DNA of 64,000 nt from Candidatus Sysuiplasma acidicola. Lineage in GTDB: Archaea; Thermoplasmatota; Thermoplasmata; Sysuiplasmatales; Sysuiplasmataceae. Position numbers and translations under genes: made by a program. Location: the NCBI GenBank assembly GCA_019721035.1, contig JAHEAA010000011.1, positions 2,150-66,149 of the forward strand, in the 5' to 3' direction. The notes beneath the pieces were generated by a model. It was not told the DNA's origin, did no database searches, and saw nothing but the letters and a program-made list of their open reading frames with translations. Shown here in pieces: positions 39,241 through 48,778 of the stretch; position 1 is the stretch's first letter, and every line of letters starts with the position of its first letter.

Positions 39241-39825
39241 TTATAATACGCGTTTCCATGATTTTCTGCGCGACGGGAGAAGCAAATTTACCTGTTTCGC
39301 GTATTGCTCGTAGACGGAGCCTGTTCTGGCTGCCCAGTACGCATCTATCGACTTGACGGACATGAACACGATTGGAACTAATAAGGCGGCCCACAGCACC
39401 GCACCTGCAGGACTCGCAAAATCCACCGCCACGCCCGCCGAAATCAGTATGACGCCGAAGTAAAGGGGATGCCTGCAGAAACGGTAGAGACCGGATGGCG
39501 AGAGTTCGGGTCCTTCATCGCCGCCTTCCCTTATGATCTGTGATGCTGGTGCCTTGGCTCCAAAGAAGAAGACGGCTCCGGCGAGCGTGATAACCATTCC
39601 CACAGTGGATAACGCATAATACAGCACTGTGTCCTGCCTGAACGGTGTGATTAGGGAAACGAGCACAACGGCTCCCCCGGCAAGCAGACGCATCAGACTG
39701 AACATAGTGAATGGAATCCAGTGTGTGGAATCCGTAGGCTGTTTTCTGACTGTCGAAACGACCATTGCCGCAATCGTGACGGCTATGACGGAGTCCTGCA
39801 GGCCGAAGTAACCTGTGAAGAACAT
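39241..39825 (-). CDS. membrane methyltransferase of the isoprenylcysteine carboxyl / phospholipid methyltransferase family
   Basis: The protein is polytopic. It carries the family motif GLYRFCRHPLYFGVILISAG. Confidence 0.65.
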   Translation of the reverse strand: MFFTGYFGLQDSVIAVTIAAMVVSTVRKQPTDSTHWIPFTMFSLMRLLAGGAVVLVSLITPFRQDTVLYYALSTVGMVITLAGAVFFFGAKAPASQIIREGGDEGPELSPSGLYRFCRHPLYFGVILISAGVAVDFASPAGAVLWAALLVPIVFMSVKSIDAYWAARTGSVYEQYAKQVNLLLPSRRKSWKRVL

Positions 39826-39951
39826 ATTACAGACTTCCTCATGTTATGTATACAGACAGTGCTAATTTAAGAGTCACCGAAGCCTTTTTGGTTTTTCAGC
39901 CTTATGAAACGAAAGGTCAAAAATCATATCAGGCGATAACCATTACACCCG

Positions 39952-40785
39952 TTGAAGAAAATGGATTCACTGGTGTTTGGGGTCAAAAAGAAAGTCGCGA
40001 TGCCGGATATCGGCCTGGGAACGTGGAGAATTGGCGGCAGCTTCACGCCGGACAGCTCGCATGACGTCGCAGATATCGCCGCGATAAAGAAGGCGATTGG
40101 CATGGGTTATCGTCTCATAGACACCGCCGAGATGTATGGAGGCGGCCATTCCGAAGAACTCGTCGGCATCGCCGCGGGAGACAGCGATGTCTTCATTGCA
40201 ACAAAAGTCTGGCAGACAAATCTACGGTATGATGATCTGCTGAGTGCTGCACGCAGAAGCCTGAAAAGGCTGAAACGGAAACACATAGATCTCTATCAGA
40301 TACACTGGCCCAGCGACGATATACCCTTGCGCGAAACAATGAAGGCAATGGAGAAACTCGCAGATGACGGTGTGATTACACATATCGGCGTAAGCAACTT
40401 CGGAGTGGAGCTTCTGGAGGATGCACGCAGCTACCTCTCAAGGCACGATATTTTCTCTGACCAGGTCTCGTACAGCGTGGCCCACAGGGAGCCGGAAAAC
40501 GGACTCACCGAATACTGCAGAAAGCATGGCATAGGCATCATCGCATATGAACCGCTAGCGAAGGGAAAGGTCTTCGAAGGCAGGGTCGGTAGAGTCCTGG
40601 CCGAAGCATCCGAAATGGTGGCCAGAACACGGTCGCAGGTTGCGCTTAACTGGCTCATGTGCAAACATGCGCTGCCCATACCAAAATCCATCGATTTCAA
40701 TCACCTGGCCGAGAATTTCGGATCTTCGGGCTGGCGGCTGCCGGCGAAGGTGCTGAAGTTTATTGATGATTCACTTCGGCAGTGA
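39952..40785 (+). CDS. aldo/keto reductase
   Basis: The translation contains GLGTWRIGG, DTAEMYGGGHSEELVG, DLYQIHWP, GVSNF and IPKS. The start is TTG 39952 or ATG 39961. Confidence 0.85.
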   Translation: MKKMDSLVFGVKKKVAMPDIGLGTWRIGGSFTPDSSHDVADIAAIKKAIGMGYRLIDTAEMYGGGHSEELVGIAAGDSDVFIATKVWQTNLRYDDLLSAARRSLKRLKRKHIDLYQIHWPSDDIPLRETMKAMEKLADDGVITHIGVSNFGVELLEDARSYLSRHDIFSDQVSYSVAHREPENGLTEYCRKHGIGIIAYEPLAKGKVFEGRVGRVLAEASEMVARTRSQVALNWLMCKHALPIPKSIDFNHLAENFGSSGWRLPAKVLKFIDDSLRQ

Positions 40786-40868
40786 ATCTGATCAGCGCAG
40801 CCACATCTATAAATAGCCTGTTCCGTTAGAAAAAGAAGTGCACTGACAGGTGCTGAAGAGGTATTACG

Positions 40869-41780
40869 TTGAGCGAAATTGCTATTGCAGCTCATGGGCT
40901 CGTCAAAAGCTACGGCGAGATAAAGGCGGTGGATGGTCTCACACTCAATATCAGGAGAGGAGAGGTTTACAGCCTGCTCGGACCCAACGGCGCCGGCAAG
41001 ACGACAACGATAGAAATGCTAGAGGGACTCAGGCATCCAGACGCTGGAAGCATATCCATCCTGTCAATGGATCCATGGAAAAACACACTGGAACTCAGGA
41101 AGAGGGTCGGCGTCATACCGCAGGGATTCAATTTCATAGGCAAGATAACGCCGAGGGAAGCCATACGCCATTACTGTATACTGTTCGGTGTGCGCGACAA
41201 CTCAAAAGAGCTGCTTTCACTGGTGGACCTGACTGACATGACCAATGTCTACTTTGAGCATCTTTCCGGGGGCCAGAAACAGAAGCTTGGGCTCTGTCTC
41301 TCCATGGTAAATGATCCGGAAGTGATCTTTCTCGACGAGCCGACCACCGGTCTTGACCCTCAGGCCAGAAGAAACATGTGGGATGTTATAAAGAGGCTGA
41401 AGTCCGAGGGAAAGACGCTACTGCTGACGACGCACTATCTGGAGGAGGCCGAGAGGCTGGCAGACAGAGTTGGTATCGTTGACCACGGCAGGATGCTCGC
41501 CGAAGGCACCCCGGATGACATAATCAGGGAGCACGGAAACGGGCTCTACCTCAGAATAAGCGGAAATCCCGGGCTCGCTTCCAGAATCAGGAGTGCAACG
41601 GGCCTGGAATGCACGAGCGCCGACGGACTGGTGGATGTCAAAATAGATGCGAATGAGAACATAGTGAATGTGCTCAGGGTTGTTGAGTCTGAACATGCGA
41701 AACTGGATGTTCTGGAGCTGAGGAAGGAAGGACTCGAGGACGTGTTTGTCAGAATGGTGGGAAAGGTGGAGGCAGACTGA
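40869..41780 (+). CDS. ABC transporter ATP-binding protein (ABC-2 / drug-efflux type)
   Basis: Walker A is GPNGAGKTTT, the signature motif is LSGGQKQKL and Walker B is IFLDEPTTGLD. The start is TTG. Confidence 0.9.
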   Translation: MSEIAIAAHGLVKSYGEIKAVDGLTLNIRRGEVYSLLGPNGAGKTTTIEMLEGLRHPDAGSISILSMDPWKNTLELRKRVGVIPQGFNFIGKITPREAIRHYCILFGVRDNSKELLSLVDLTDMTNVYFEHLSGGQKQKLGLCLSMVNDPEVIFLDEPTTGLDPQARRNMWDVIKRLKSEGKTLLLTTHYLEEAERLADRVGIVDHGRMLAEGTPDDIIREHGNGLYLRISGNPGLASRIRSATGLECTSADGLVDVKIDANENIVNVLRVVESEHAKLDVLELRKEGLEDVFVRMVGKVEAD

Positions 41781-42874
41781 TGAAACTTTCACATATACTG
41801 AGCGATCTCGTCATATACTTCAAGAATTTCACACGCAGCCGCGAGGGTGTATTTTTCACATTCATATTCCCGATAATTCTCATTGCTGTGTTCGGTTCCA
41901 TCTTCTCTGGAGGAACCGGCGGAAGCGTTCCGCTGTATGTGCAGAATCTGAACGGAACAACCAGTATTACTTCCGAATTTCTTACAGCACTGAACCAGAC
42001 GCATCTTGTTAAGGTGCATATGATCCCCGCAGATGCAAATGTGCAGCACTACGTCACGCAACACTCCGTAACGGCCGCGCTGGTCATTCCGGCCGGCTTC
42101 ACTAATGCCGTTCAGACCAATACAACCACGAGCCTGCCGTTTTACTACAACCCGGCACAGTCTTCAGCGCAGATTGCCCAGCAGGCGATCAACCTCGTTG
42201 TTGAACATTTCAACGCCCGGATTAGCGGCGCCCATAGCGTCATAAGCGTGATTCAGAGCACTAATTCCGTCGTCGCCACGAGCTATATCGACTACCTCAT
42301 ACCAGGACTGATTGGATTTACGATTCTTACTTCCCCCATGTTCATGATGACATACATCGTGAGTTCATACAAGAAGGAGAAGATTTTCAGACAGTTTTCG
42401 CTGACGCCGCTGACAAAGGGCGAATGGCTCTTTTCACGATTCACAGGTTCGTTCATCATTGCCCTTCTCTCTGCAGCTGAGATGATTCTGACAGGAGTGG
42501 TCCTGTTCCACGCGCACGTGATACTGACGATTCTGATTCTGCCGTTCATACTGATTGGTGTCGTGCTGTTTGTTTCGCTCGGCACGCTAGCAGGAGCACT
42601 GGCAAGAACTGAAGAAGGAGCGTCGGTCATAGGCAACATAATCACATTTCCCATGATGTTTCTTGCAGGCACATTTTTCCCGGTTTCCACGATGCCATCG
42701 TGGCTGCAGGGCATTGCGCACGTCCTTCCTCTCTATTACATCATAGACGGACTAAACTCCGTGATGATTTACACAAACAATGCAGAAGCGCTGTTCGATG
42801 CTGCTGTTTCAGTTATTCTGGCAGCCCTGTTCTTCGTGGCGGCAATGGCGGTGTTCAGCTGGAAGGAGGAATGA
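41780..42874 (+). CDS. ABC-2 type transporter permease
   Basis: An ATGA overlap links it to the ATPase gene. It has an N-terminal TM segment, a large extracytoplasmic loop and a cluster of five C-terminal TM helices, which is typical ABC-2 topology. Confidence 0.8.
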   Translation: MKLSHILSDLVIYFKNFTRSREGVFFTFIFPIILIAVFGSIFSGGTGGSVPLYVQNLNGTTSITSEFLTALNQTHLVKVHMIPADANVQHYVTQHSVTAALVIPAGFTNAVQTNTTTSLPFYYNPAQSSAQIAQQAINLVVEHFNARISGAHSVISVIQSTNSVVATSYIDYLIPGLIGFTILTSPMFMMTYIVSSYKKEKIFRQFSLTPLTKGEWLFSRFTGSFIIALLSAAEMILTGVVLFHAHVILTILILPFILIGVVLFVSLGTLAGALARTEEGASVIGNIITFPMMFLAGTFFPVSTMPSWLQGIAHVLPLYYIIDGLNSVMIYTNNAEALFDAAVSVILAALFFVAAMAVFSWKEE

Positions 42875-42918
42875 CTGCAGGCGGCTTGCCAGCAACATTG
42901 ATATAGCCCTGGCGTGGA

Positions 42919-43650
42919 TTGAAAAATATGATCGTGCTCATCGGAGTCGGCCATGTCTTTGACATAGGTGGAGCGGTGAAATCGCTGGTGATTGATGCGA
43001 AACCCGGCGCAGTTTGTCTCGAACTCGACGAGTGCAGGCTCGCAGGACTCCTGACGAAGCAGCATGGCGAAGTTACATCGCGCACATACAAATCTCTCGG
43101 AGATTTTCAGTCAAAGATGGCAGAAAGTTACGGAACGACCGTCGGCTCTGAAATGCTTGCGGCGTATGAGGCGGCGCAGCTGATAGGTGCGAGGATATAC
43201 TGCATAGACATGAATGCCAGCGAGTTTTTCGACCGCGCATTCAAGTCAATGTCACTGAGAGAGAAAGTGTACCTTCTGATCAATTCATTCATGGCCCGCT
43301 TTACCAGGAAGAAGAAAATCGAGAAGGAACTGAAACAGTACGAGGAAAACGGTGCCGAATATATAGAGGAGTTCGGCAGGCGTTTCCCTTCCTTGAAGAA
43401 GGTGCTCATTGACGACAGGAACACGCACATGGCCGACAGGATCAGAAAAATTGCGGAAGACAGCGGCAACGTCGCCGTCATCGTAGGAGACGGCCACGTG
43501 GATGGGCTGAAGAGTCTTATCGACGATCTGCAGGTCAGTATTGTAAGACTGAAGGATTTGCGCGATATGCAGGAGCGCGGCGCAACGGCCGGCACCTCAG
43601 GCAGTCAGAGTGGAAATAGCCAGGCGACTTTCTCTTTCAGTTATAGATGA
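42919..43650 (+). CDS. TraB/PrgY family protein
   Basis: The translation contains IVLIGVGHVFD, LELDECR, and DDRNTHMADRIRKI followed by AVIVGDGHVDGL. These are TraB-family landmarks. Confidence 0.7.
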   Translation: MKNMIVLIGVGHVFDIGGAVKSLVIDAKPGAVCLELDECRLAGLLTKQHGEVTSRTYKSLGDFQSKMAESYGTTVGSEMLAAYEAAQLIGARIYCIDMNASEFFDRAFKSMSLREKVYLLINSFMARFTRKKKIEKELKQYEENGAEYIEEFGRRFPSLKKVLIDDRNTHMADRIRKIAEDSGNVAVIVGDGHVDGLKSLIDDLQVSIVRLKDLRDMQERGATAGTSGSQSGNSQATFSFSYR

Positions 43651-43723
43651 TACACCCGGCGCATTCACGGCGTCCGCGCGACAGGCAGCATGTGCTGATG
43701 GTGCTCCTGTACCGACATGAATC

Positions 43724-45103
43724 TCATGATCTGGAGTAATTTATGCAGGCGTTGACTATATTCCTGGCCATGCTCCTCCCCGAGCCGAAATGAAGATGCA
43801 GAAATGAGCCGGCCGCGTTGCCAGACACCAGGCCTGCGGCTTCCTCATTTCCAGTCCGAGCATTCCACACCCTGAACAGCCTCTGCCGATCTTCTGGCGC
43901 ATCGTCTGTGATTGCGGCATAATGGAACTCGTGCCCGCGTGCGTTCAGCCCCCTTTTTCCGAGAAGTGTTGTGACGTTTGTCCTGACTTTCCTGTACCCT
44001 ATTACCGGTGATTGCGTGAGAGCTACGGCCGCGTCAAATACACCGGCCATGCTGTACGACGTGCCGCGGAACTCAAGCTTCCTGCACAGAGCCATGAAAC
44101 CGCCGCATTCGGCATAGACCGGCATTCCATTCTCTGCGGCCCGCCTCAGGCTAGAAAGCATCGGCGTATTCTGCGATATTGACGAGGCGTACAGTTCGGG
44201 GTAACCGCCGCCGATGTAAAGCCCGTCGAACATGTCCACAGACTTGTCGTTGATCGGAGAAAACGGCACAATGTCTGCGCCGGCCCTGCGCAGGAGTTCC
44301 ATGTTGTCCTGGTAATAGAAGTTGAATGCATAATCCGTGGCAACACCGATACGCGCTCTGGCGTCATATGTGCGCTTGTTCCTGACTGAAACTTGCCTTG
44401 CAGGTCTGGAGAACAACCGGATAAATTCGCCGATATCTAGCGATTCTCCCAGTGTGACGGCAATTGAATCCACAAGCGGTGCAATCATCTGCATGTTTTC
44501 AGGGAGCGAGAGTCCAAGATGTCTTTCTTTGATTCTGAATTCCGGTGATTCGGGAATGTGACCCAGGACCCTGAGCCCGGCACCCTCGATTGCGCTCCTG
44601 CATCCCTCGTAGTGACCTTTGCTGCCGGTCCTTGATAATATGACACCGGCAATGCGCACGCCTCTTCTGCGTGCATATTGCGTCACTCCCGATGCTACGG
44701 CGGCAGCCGTTCTCATCGTCGCAGACACATCCAGCACGAGCACGACGGGTGCGTCAAGCACTTTCGATACCCATGCCGTGCTCGCGAAATCAGCTCTGGC
44801 GCTGAGCCCGTCGAACAGGCCCATCATACCTTCTATTATGCAGAAAAATCCCTCCGCCTCCTTTCCCGCCACTGTTTCCCTGATGTAGTTTGCGGATGTC
44901 ATGAAACCGTCGAGGTTTATGGAGCGGAGGCCCGCTGCGATTTCATGAAACTGAGTGTCGATGAAATCCGGTCCGACCTTGAACGGGGCGACGGCCACGC
45001 CGTTCATTGCGAGCAACCGCATCAGTGCCATCGAAACGGCGGTCTTGCCCGCGCCGGTTGAAACGGCCCCTATGACCACTGCACCCGTTGCCGCACTTTT
45101 CAC
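43724..45103 (-). CDS. cbiA: cobyrinate (or Ni-sirohydrochlorin) a,c-diamide synthase, CbiA/CfbB family
   Basis: The N-terminal ATPase domain reads [20 protein letters not shown]...FKVGPDFID. The C-terminal glutamine amidotransferase domain reads [10 protein letters not shown] and [10 protein letters not shown]. Confidence 0.85.
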   Translation of the reverse strand: MKSAATGAVVIGAVSTGAGKTAVSMALMRLLAMNGVAVAPFKVGPDFIDTQFHEIAAGLRSINLDGFMTSANYIRETVAGKEAEGFFCIIEGMMGLFDGLSARADFASTAWVSKVLDAPVVLVLDVSATMRTAAAVASGVTQYARRRGVRIAGVILSRTGSKGHYEGCRSAIEGAGLRVLGHIPESPEFRIKERHLGLSLPENMQMIAPLVDSIAVTLGESLDIGEFIRLFSRPARQVSVRNKRTYDARARIGVATDYAFNFYYQDNMELLRRAGADIVPFSPINDKSVDMFDGLYIGGGYPELYASSISQNTPMLSSLRRAAENGMPVYAECGGFMALCRKLEFRGTSYSMAGVFDAAVALTQSPVIGYRKVRTNVTTLLGKRGLNARGHEFHYAAITDDAPEDRQRLFRVWNARTGNEEAAGLVSGNAAGSFLHLHFGSGRSMARNIVNACINYSRS

Positions 45104-47349
45104 AGTTCAGGATATGCCGTCTCGGATTTGAACTTCCTGTTCATGTCCTCGTAGCGTGACATCTCTTCGGACGAGAGCGGTTTTATCGTCCTCATTGCCG
45201 CTTCGAAATCCAACTGCGTGATCCTGATGCCGGAGAGCGCTTTTTCGTCCAGCGCACCGCTGTTCTTCGATATGTGACGCTTCATGGCAATCATGGCCGC
45301 CTGGTTGCACACCGCTGCAATTTCAGCACCTGTGTAGTTGTTCATCTTTTCGGCAAGCTTGTCAATGTGCACGTCGTCAGAAATTGGTTTCTTCCTTGTG
45401 TGTATGGACAGTATAGCCTTCCTGGAATCGAGATCCGGCGGAGGAACATATATGATTCTGTCGAATCTGCCGGGCCTCAGTAGTGCCGGGTCTATTATGT
45501 CTGCCCTGTTTGTTGCAGCTATCACGGACACACCGTGAAGCTCTTCGAGTCCGTCCATTTCGGTAAGCATCTGACTGACAACACGCTCAGTCACCTGCGC
45601 GTCGCCTGCATTGCCGCCGCGAACAGGGACGACTGCGTCGATTTCATCTATAAATATGACGCAGGGCGCCGCGAGTCGAGCCTTCCTGAATATCTCCCTG
45701 ACGGCTTTCTCGCTCTCTCCGACCCACTTGCTCAGAAACTCGGGTCCCTTGACATTGATGAAGTTCGCCTCGCTTTCATGTGCCACCGCTTTCGCAAGCA
45801 GCGTCTTGCCCGTGCCCGGAGGCCCGTACAGGAGTATGCCCCTGGGCGGGGCAACATCGAGTTTCTCGAACGCAGCACCGTATTTGAGCGGCCACTCTAT
45901 GGCCTGCTGCAATTCCTCCTTCAGTCCGCCGAGCCCACCGATATCGTCCCATGTGACATTCGGCTTTTCTACGAGCACTTCGCGAAGGCCCGATGGAGAC
46001 ATCTCCCTGAATGCTGTTGCGAAATCGTCCATCGTCACCTTCAGCGTGCGGAGCACCTCTGCCGGAACGACTTCAGATTCCACATCTATCTGCGGGAGCA
46101 TCCTTCTCAGCGAGCGCATTGCGGCTTCCTTGCACAGCGCCCACAGATCGGCCCCGACATATCCATGGGTCATGTCGGCCAGCTTTTCGAGTCTGACGTC
46201 GTCCGAGATTGGCATGCCCCTTGTGTGTATCTGCAATATTTCGAGCCTGCTCTTCTTGTCCGGGACACCTATCTCTAACTCCCTGTCAAACCTTCCCGGT
46301 CTCCTGAGTGCGCCGTCGATGGCGTTTGGCCTGTTCGTTGCGCCGATGACGACTACCTTTCCCCTGCTTTCGAGCCCGTCCATGAGCGCCAGCAGCTGTG
46401 CCACCACCCTGCGCTCCGTCTCACCGGTGACTTCGTCCCTCTTCGGCGCTATGCTGTCTATCTCGTCTATGAATATGATGCTCGGTGCGTTGTCCTCCGC
46501 CTGCTTGAAGATCTCGCGCAGACGCTCTTCGCTCTCCCCGTAGAACTTGCTCATTATCTCCGGGCCGCCGATGCTGTAGAAATTTGCATTCGTTTCGCTG
46601 GCCACCGCTTTAGCAAGCAGCGTCTTGCCCGTGCCCGGAGGCCCGTGGAGCAGCACGCCCTTCGGTGCCTCGACGCCGAGGCGCTCGAAGAGTTCCGGAT
46701 GCTTGAGCGGCAGCTCAATCATCTCCCTGACCTTCTTCACCTCATCGGAGAGACCACCGATGTCGTCGTACGACATACCGGTCAACGTTGCCGGCGAGTC
46801 TTTGGCCGCTTTGGCCGATACGGTGACTTTTGTGTTCCGGGATATTATCGCGGCCGATCCGCTGGGCACATAGCCGGTGACCATCAGTTCAACCCTGCTG
46901 CCCATCACGTTCAGCTGCACGATGTCGCCTTTGGAAACGACCCTGCCGTCCAGAACTGTTGAGACATATTCCTCCGCTCCGGTGAGCTTCAGCTCCTCGA
47001 CCGGTGCGACCGTGATTTTGACGGCGTTCTTTGGAACGACCTTCGAAATGGCAACCTTGTCGTCAAGAGACGCGCCGGCATTCCTGCGCTGTATGCCATC
47101 CATCCTCACTATACCCCTGTTTTCATCCTCGGGAAAACTAGCTCCCAGGACGGCTGCGGTTCTCTTCCTGCCTGTTATCTGCACATAGTCACCGGGAACC
47201 AGGCCCATGTGCTGCATTATCTGACCGTCGACTCTGAGAATTCCTGTGCCTACATCATACGTCTTTGATTCGGCGACCCTCAATATCTTGTCCTCTTTCT
47301 TCAAGAAAAACACCATCCGAGACTTCGTAAAAACTATGTTTGCACTCAT
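45100..47349 (-). CDS. cdc48: CDC48/VAT AAA+ ATPase (two AAA domains)
   Basis: The N-domain reads ILRVAES...GIVRMDG. Two Walker A motifs are present (both [14 protein letters not shown]) and two Walker B motifs (IIFIDEIDS and VIFIDEIDA). Confidence 0.95.
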   Translation of the reverse strand: MSANIVFTKSRMVFFLKKEDKILRVAESKTYDVGTGILRVDGQIMQHMGLVPGDYVQITGRKRTAAVLGASFPEDENRGIVRMDGIQRRNAGASLDDKVAISKVVPKNAVKITVAPVEELKLTGAEEYVSTVLDGRVVSKGDIVQLNVMGSRVELMVTGYVPSGSAAIISRNTKVTVSAKAAKDSPATLTGMSYDDIGGLSDEVKKVREMIELPLKHPELFERLGVEAPKGVLLHGPPGTGKTLLAKAVASETNANFYSIGGPEIMSKFYGESEERLREIFKQAEDNAPSIIFIDEIDSIAPKRDEVTGETERRVVAQLLALMDGLESRGKVVVIGATNRPNAIDGALRRPGRFDRELEIGVPDKKSRLEILQIHTRGMPISDDVRLEKLADMTHGYVGADLWALCKEAAMRSLRRMLPQIDVESEVVPAEVLRTLKVTMDDFATAFREMSPSGLREVLVEKPNVTWDDIGGLGGLKEELQQAIEWPLKYGAAFEKLDVAPPRGILLYGPPGTGKTLLAKAVAHESEANFINVKGPEFLSKWVGESEKAVREIFRKARLAAPCVIFIDEIDAVVPVRGGNAGDAQVTERVVSQMLTEMDGLEELHGVSVIAATNRADIIDPALLRPGRFDRIIYVPPPDLDSRKAILSIHTRKKPISDDVHIDKLAEKMNNYTGAEIAAVCNQAAMIAMKRHISKNSGALDEKALSGIRITQLDFEAAMRTIKPLSSEEMSRYEDMNRKFKSETAYPEL

Positions 47350-47461
47350 ATATGAACATTACGGTCAATTTCTTCGTGCAGAAACATAGGAACGAGCATC
47401 GTACCGGGCGAGAAGTCCGGGAAAGATAGTTCCCGGGTTAACTACCATCACCATCGGCTGA

Positions 47462-47706
47462 AATCAGCGGCTTGCACGTTCGGTTTTCCTTAAGGGACAG
47501 ATTCTCAAAGTACATCCCCATGTGGACAGCACATCACAATGCCCGTGCGGTGCCACACATGACCGTGACTTCAACGCAGCCAGGAACATATGGTCACGGT
47601 CGAACCCGGTGTGTCTGCCCGTGACCCTGGCAGGAGCGGGAGGCTGATGAGGCCATGCAGCAATACAAAGATGCTGAGCGGAAGCCTTCAAGTCACTATT
47701 TTCAGG
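47462..47706 (+). mobile_element. IS200/IS605-family relic A: last ~61 codons of a tnpB (orfB) gene plus conserved right-end / omega-RNA-like segment
   Basis: The open frame 47462-47647 reads ...LKGQILKVHPHVDSTSQCPCGATHDRDFNAARNIWSRS...AGG and then a stop. This carries the TnpB C-terminal landmarks TSQxCxxCG and DRDxNAAxNI. A 60-nt tail follows that is conserved with relic B. No upstream RuvC or WED part is present. Confidence 0.6.
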
Positions 47707-47743
47707 GGAGTGGACACGGTCGCCTGGTCCAAAAGTTCAATAT

Positions 47744-48202
47744 ATGCCCGTGTCATTCGCACTCATTTGGCTCGCAGATGGTAATCAGATGGCTGGATCG
47801 TATTTATTGATACAGGGTTTGCAGGATTACGGACTGCTTGTGCTCAGGGTGGTTATCGGTTTCGCACTCATTGTTCACGGCTACCCAAAGATAGGCTCCA
47901 GGCGAAATTCCATAATTAACGTAATGCGGACCAGAGGCATACCCGGCCCTGTGACGCTGCTTGTGGGATACTTCCAGTTTGTGGCAGGAATACTGCTGGT
48001 ATTAGGGGCCGGAACGCAGATCGTCGGTCTGCTCGTGGCAGTAGAGGCGCTGGTGGCCGTCTACCTGTACTCCCGCATTATGGGGAAGAGCTATGCCTTC
48101 GGTTATGAAAGGGACATTGCCTATTTCGCCATGGGTCTGGCGCTATTTTTCCTCGGTGCCGGAGCGATAAGCGTTGACCATTATCTCATACCGCTGATCT
48201 GA
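47744..48202 (+). CDS. DoxX-family membrane protein
   Basis: The translation contains LLVLRVVIGFALIVHGYPKI and has four TM helices. The real start may be the internal ATG at 47789. Confidence 0.7.
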   Translation: MPVSFALIWLADGNQMAGSYLLIQGLQDYGLLVLRVVIGFALIVHGYPKIGSRRNSIINVMRTRGIPGPVTLLVGYFQFVAGILLVLGAGTQIVGLLVAVEALVAVYLYSRIMGKSYAFGYERDIAYFAMGLALFFLGAGAISVDHYLIPLI

Positions 48203-48210
48203 GGCATAGG

Positions 48211-48753
48211 ATGTCGAAGGTCTATACGAGAACTGGAGATACCGGCAAAACAAGCCTGATAACAGGCGAAAGAGTCGCGAAAACAGATCCGATGGTGGAG
48301 GCGCTAGGCTCGATCGATGAACTGAACAGTGTCATCGGCATGGCCATTCCCGAAATCAGAGATGAACTGCTGGCGACAATACTGAGGAGAATACAGAGCG
48401 AACTTTTTGCGCTGGGAGCCGATCTGAATTCATCTGGCAAGGAGATAAAGAACCTGCCCAGAGTCGGAAGCGTAATGACAGAGCGACTGGAAAGGGAAAT
48501 TGACGGCATGCTTGCCAGAATACCTGAACAGCGGACATTCATACTTCCCGGCGGAGGAAGAGCCGGTGGACTTCTCCACTTCGCAAGAGCGGTGTCCAGA
48601 AGAGCAGAAAGGAGAGTCGTTGCCGCGTCAGGAAAGGAGGGATTCAACCCCGAAATATTGAGATACCTGAACAGGCTGGCCGATTTCCTTCACGTGGCTG
48701 CGAGATATGCCAATAATGCGGACGGGAAGGAAGAGAAGGCACCTGTCTACTGA
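48211..48753 (+). CDS. ATP:cob(I)alamin adenosyltransferase, PduO type
   Basis: The N-terminus is KVYTRTGDTGKTSLITGERVAKTDPMVEALGSIDELNSVIG. Later motifs are FILPGG and ARAVSRRAERR. Confidence 0.85.
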   Translation: MSKVYTRTGDTGKTSLITGERVAKTDPMVEALGSIDELNSVIGMAIPEIRDELLATILRRIQSELFALGADLNSSGKEIKNLPRVGSVMTERLEREIDGMLARIPEQRTFILPGGGRAGGLLHFARAVSRRAERRVVAASGKEGFNPEILRYLNRLADFLHVAARYANNADGKEEKAPVY

Positions 48754-48778
48754 GACTGACTGCCGGCGAGTCTTGCAA

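Noticed and set aside
45535-46543. Two plus-strand ORFs (247 and 310 aa) inside the CDC48 gene
   Set aside because: They are antisense to a highly conserved AAA+ ATPase gene. Their translations are low-complexity (Ser/Leu/Ala/Arg-rich) and lack motifs.
47464-47691. Minus-strand ORFs 47464-47691 and 57883-58089 that share the peptide HQPPAPARVT, suggesting a small protein family
   Set aside because: The shared peptide is the antisense reading of the conserved tnpB-relic/right-end DNA. The plus strand carries the recognisable TnpB C-terminal motifs, so the similarity is at the nucleotide level and does not indicate a protein family.
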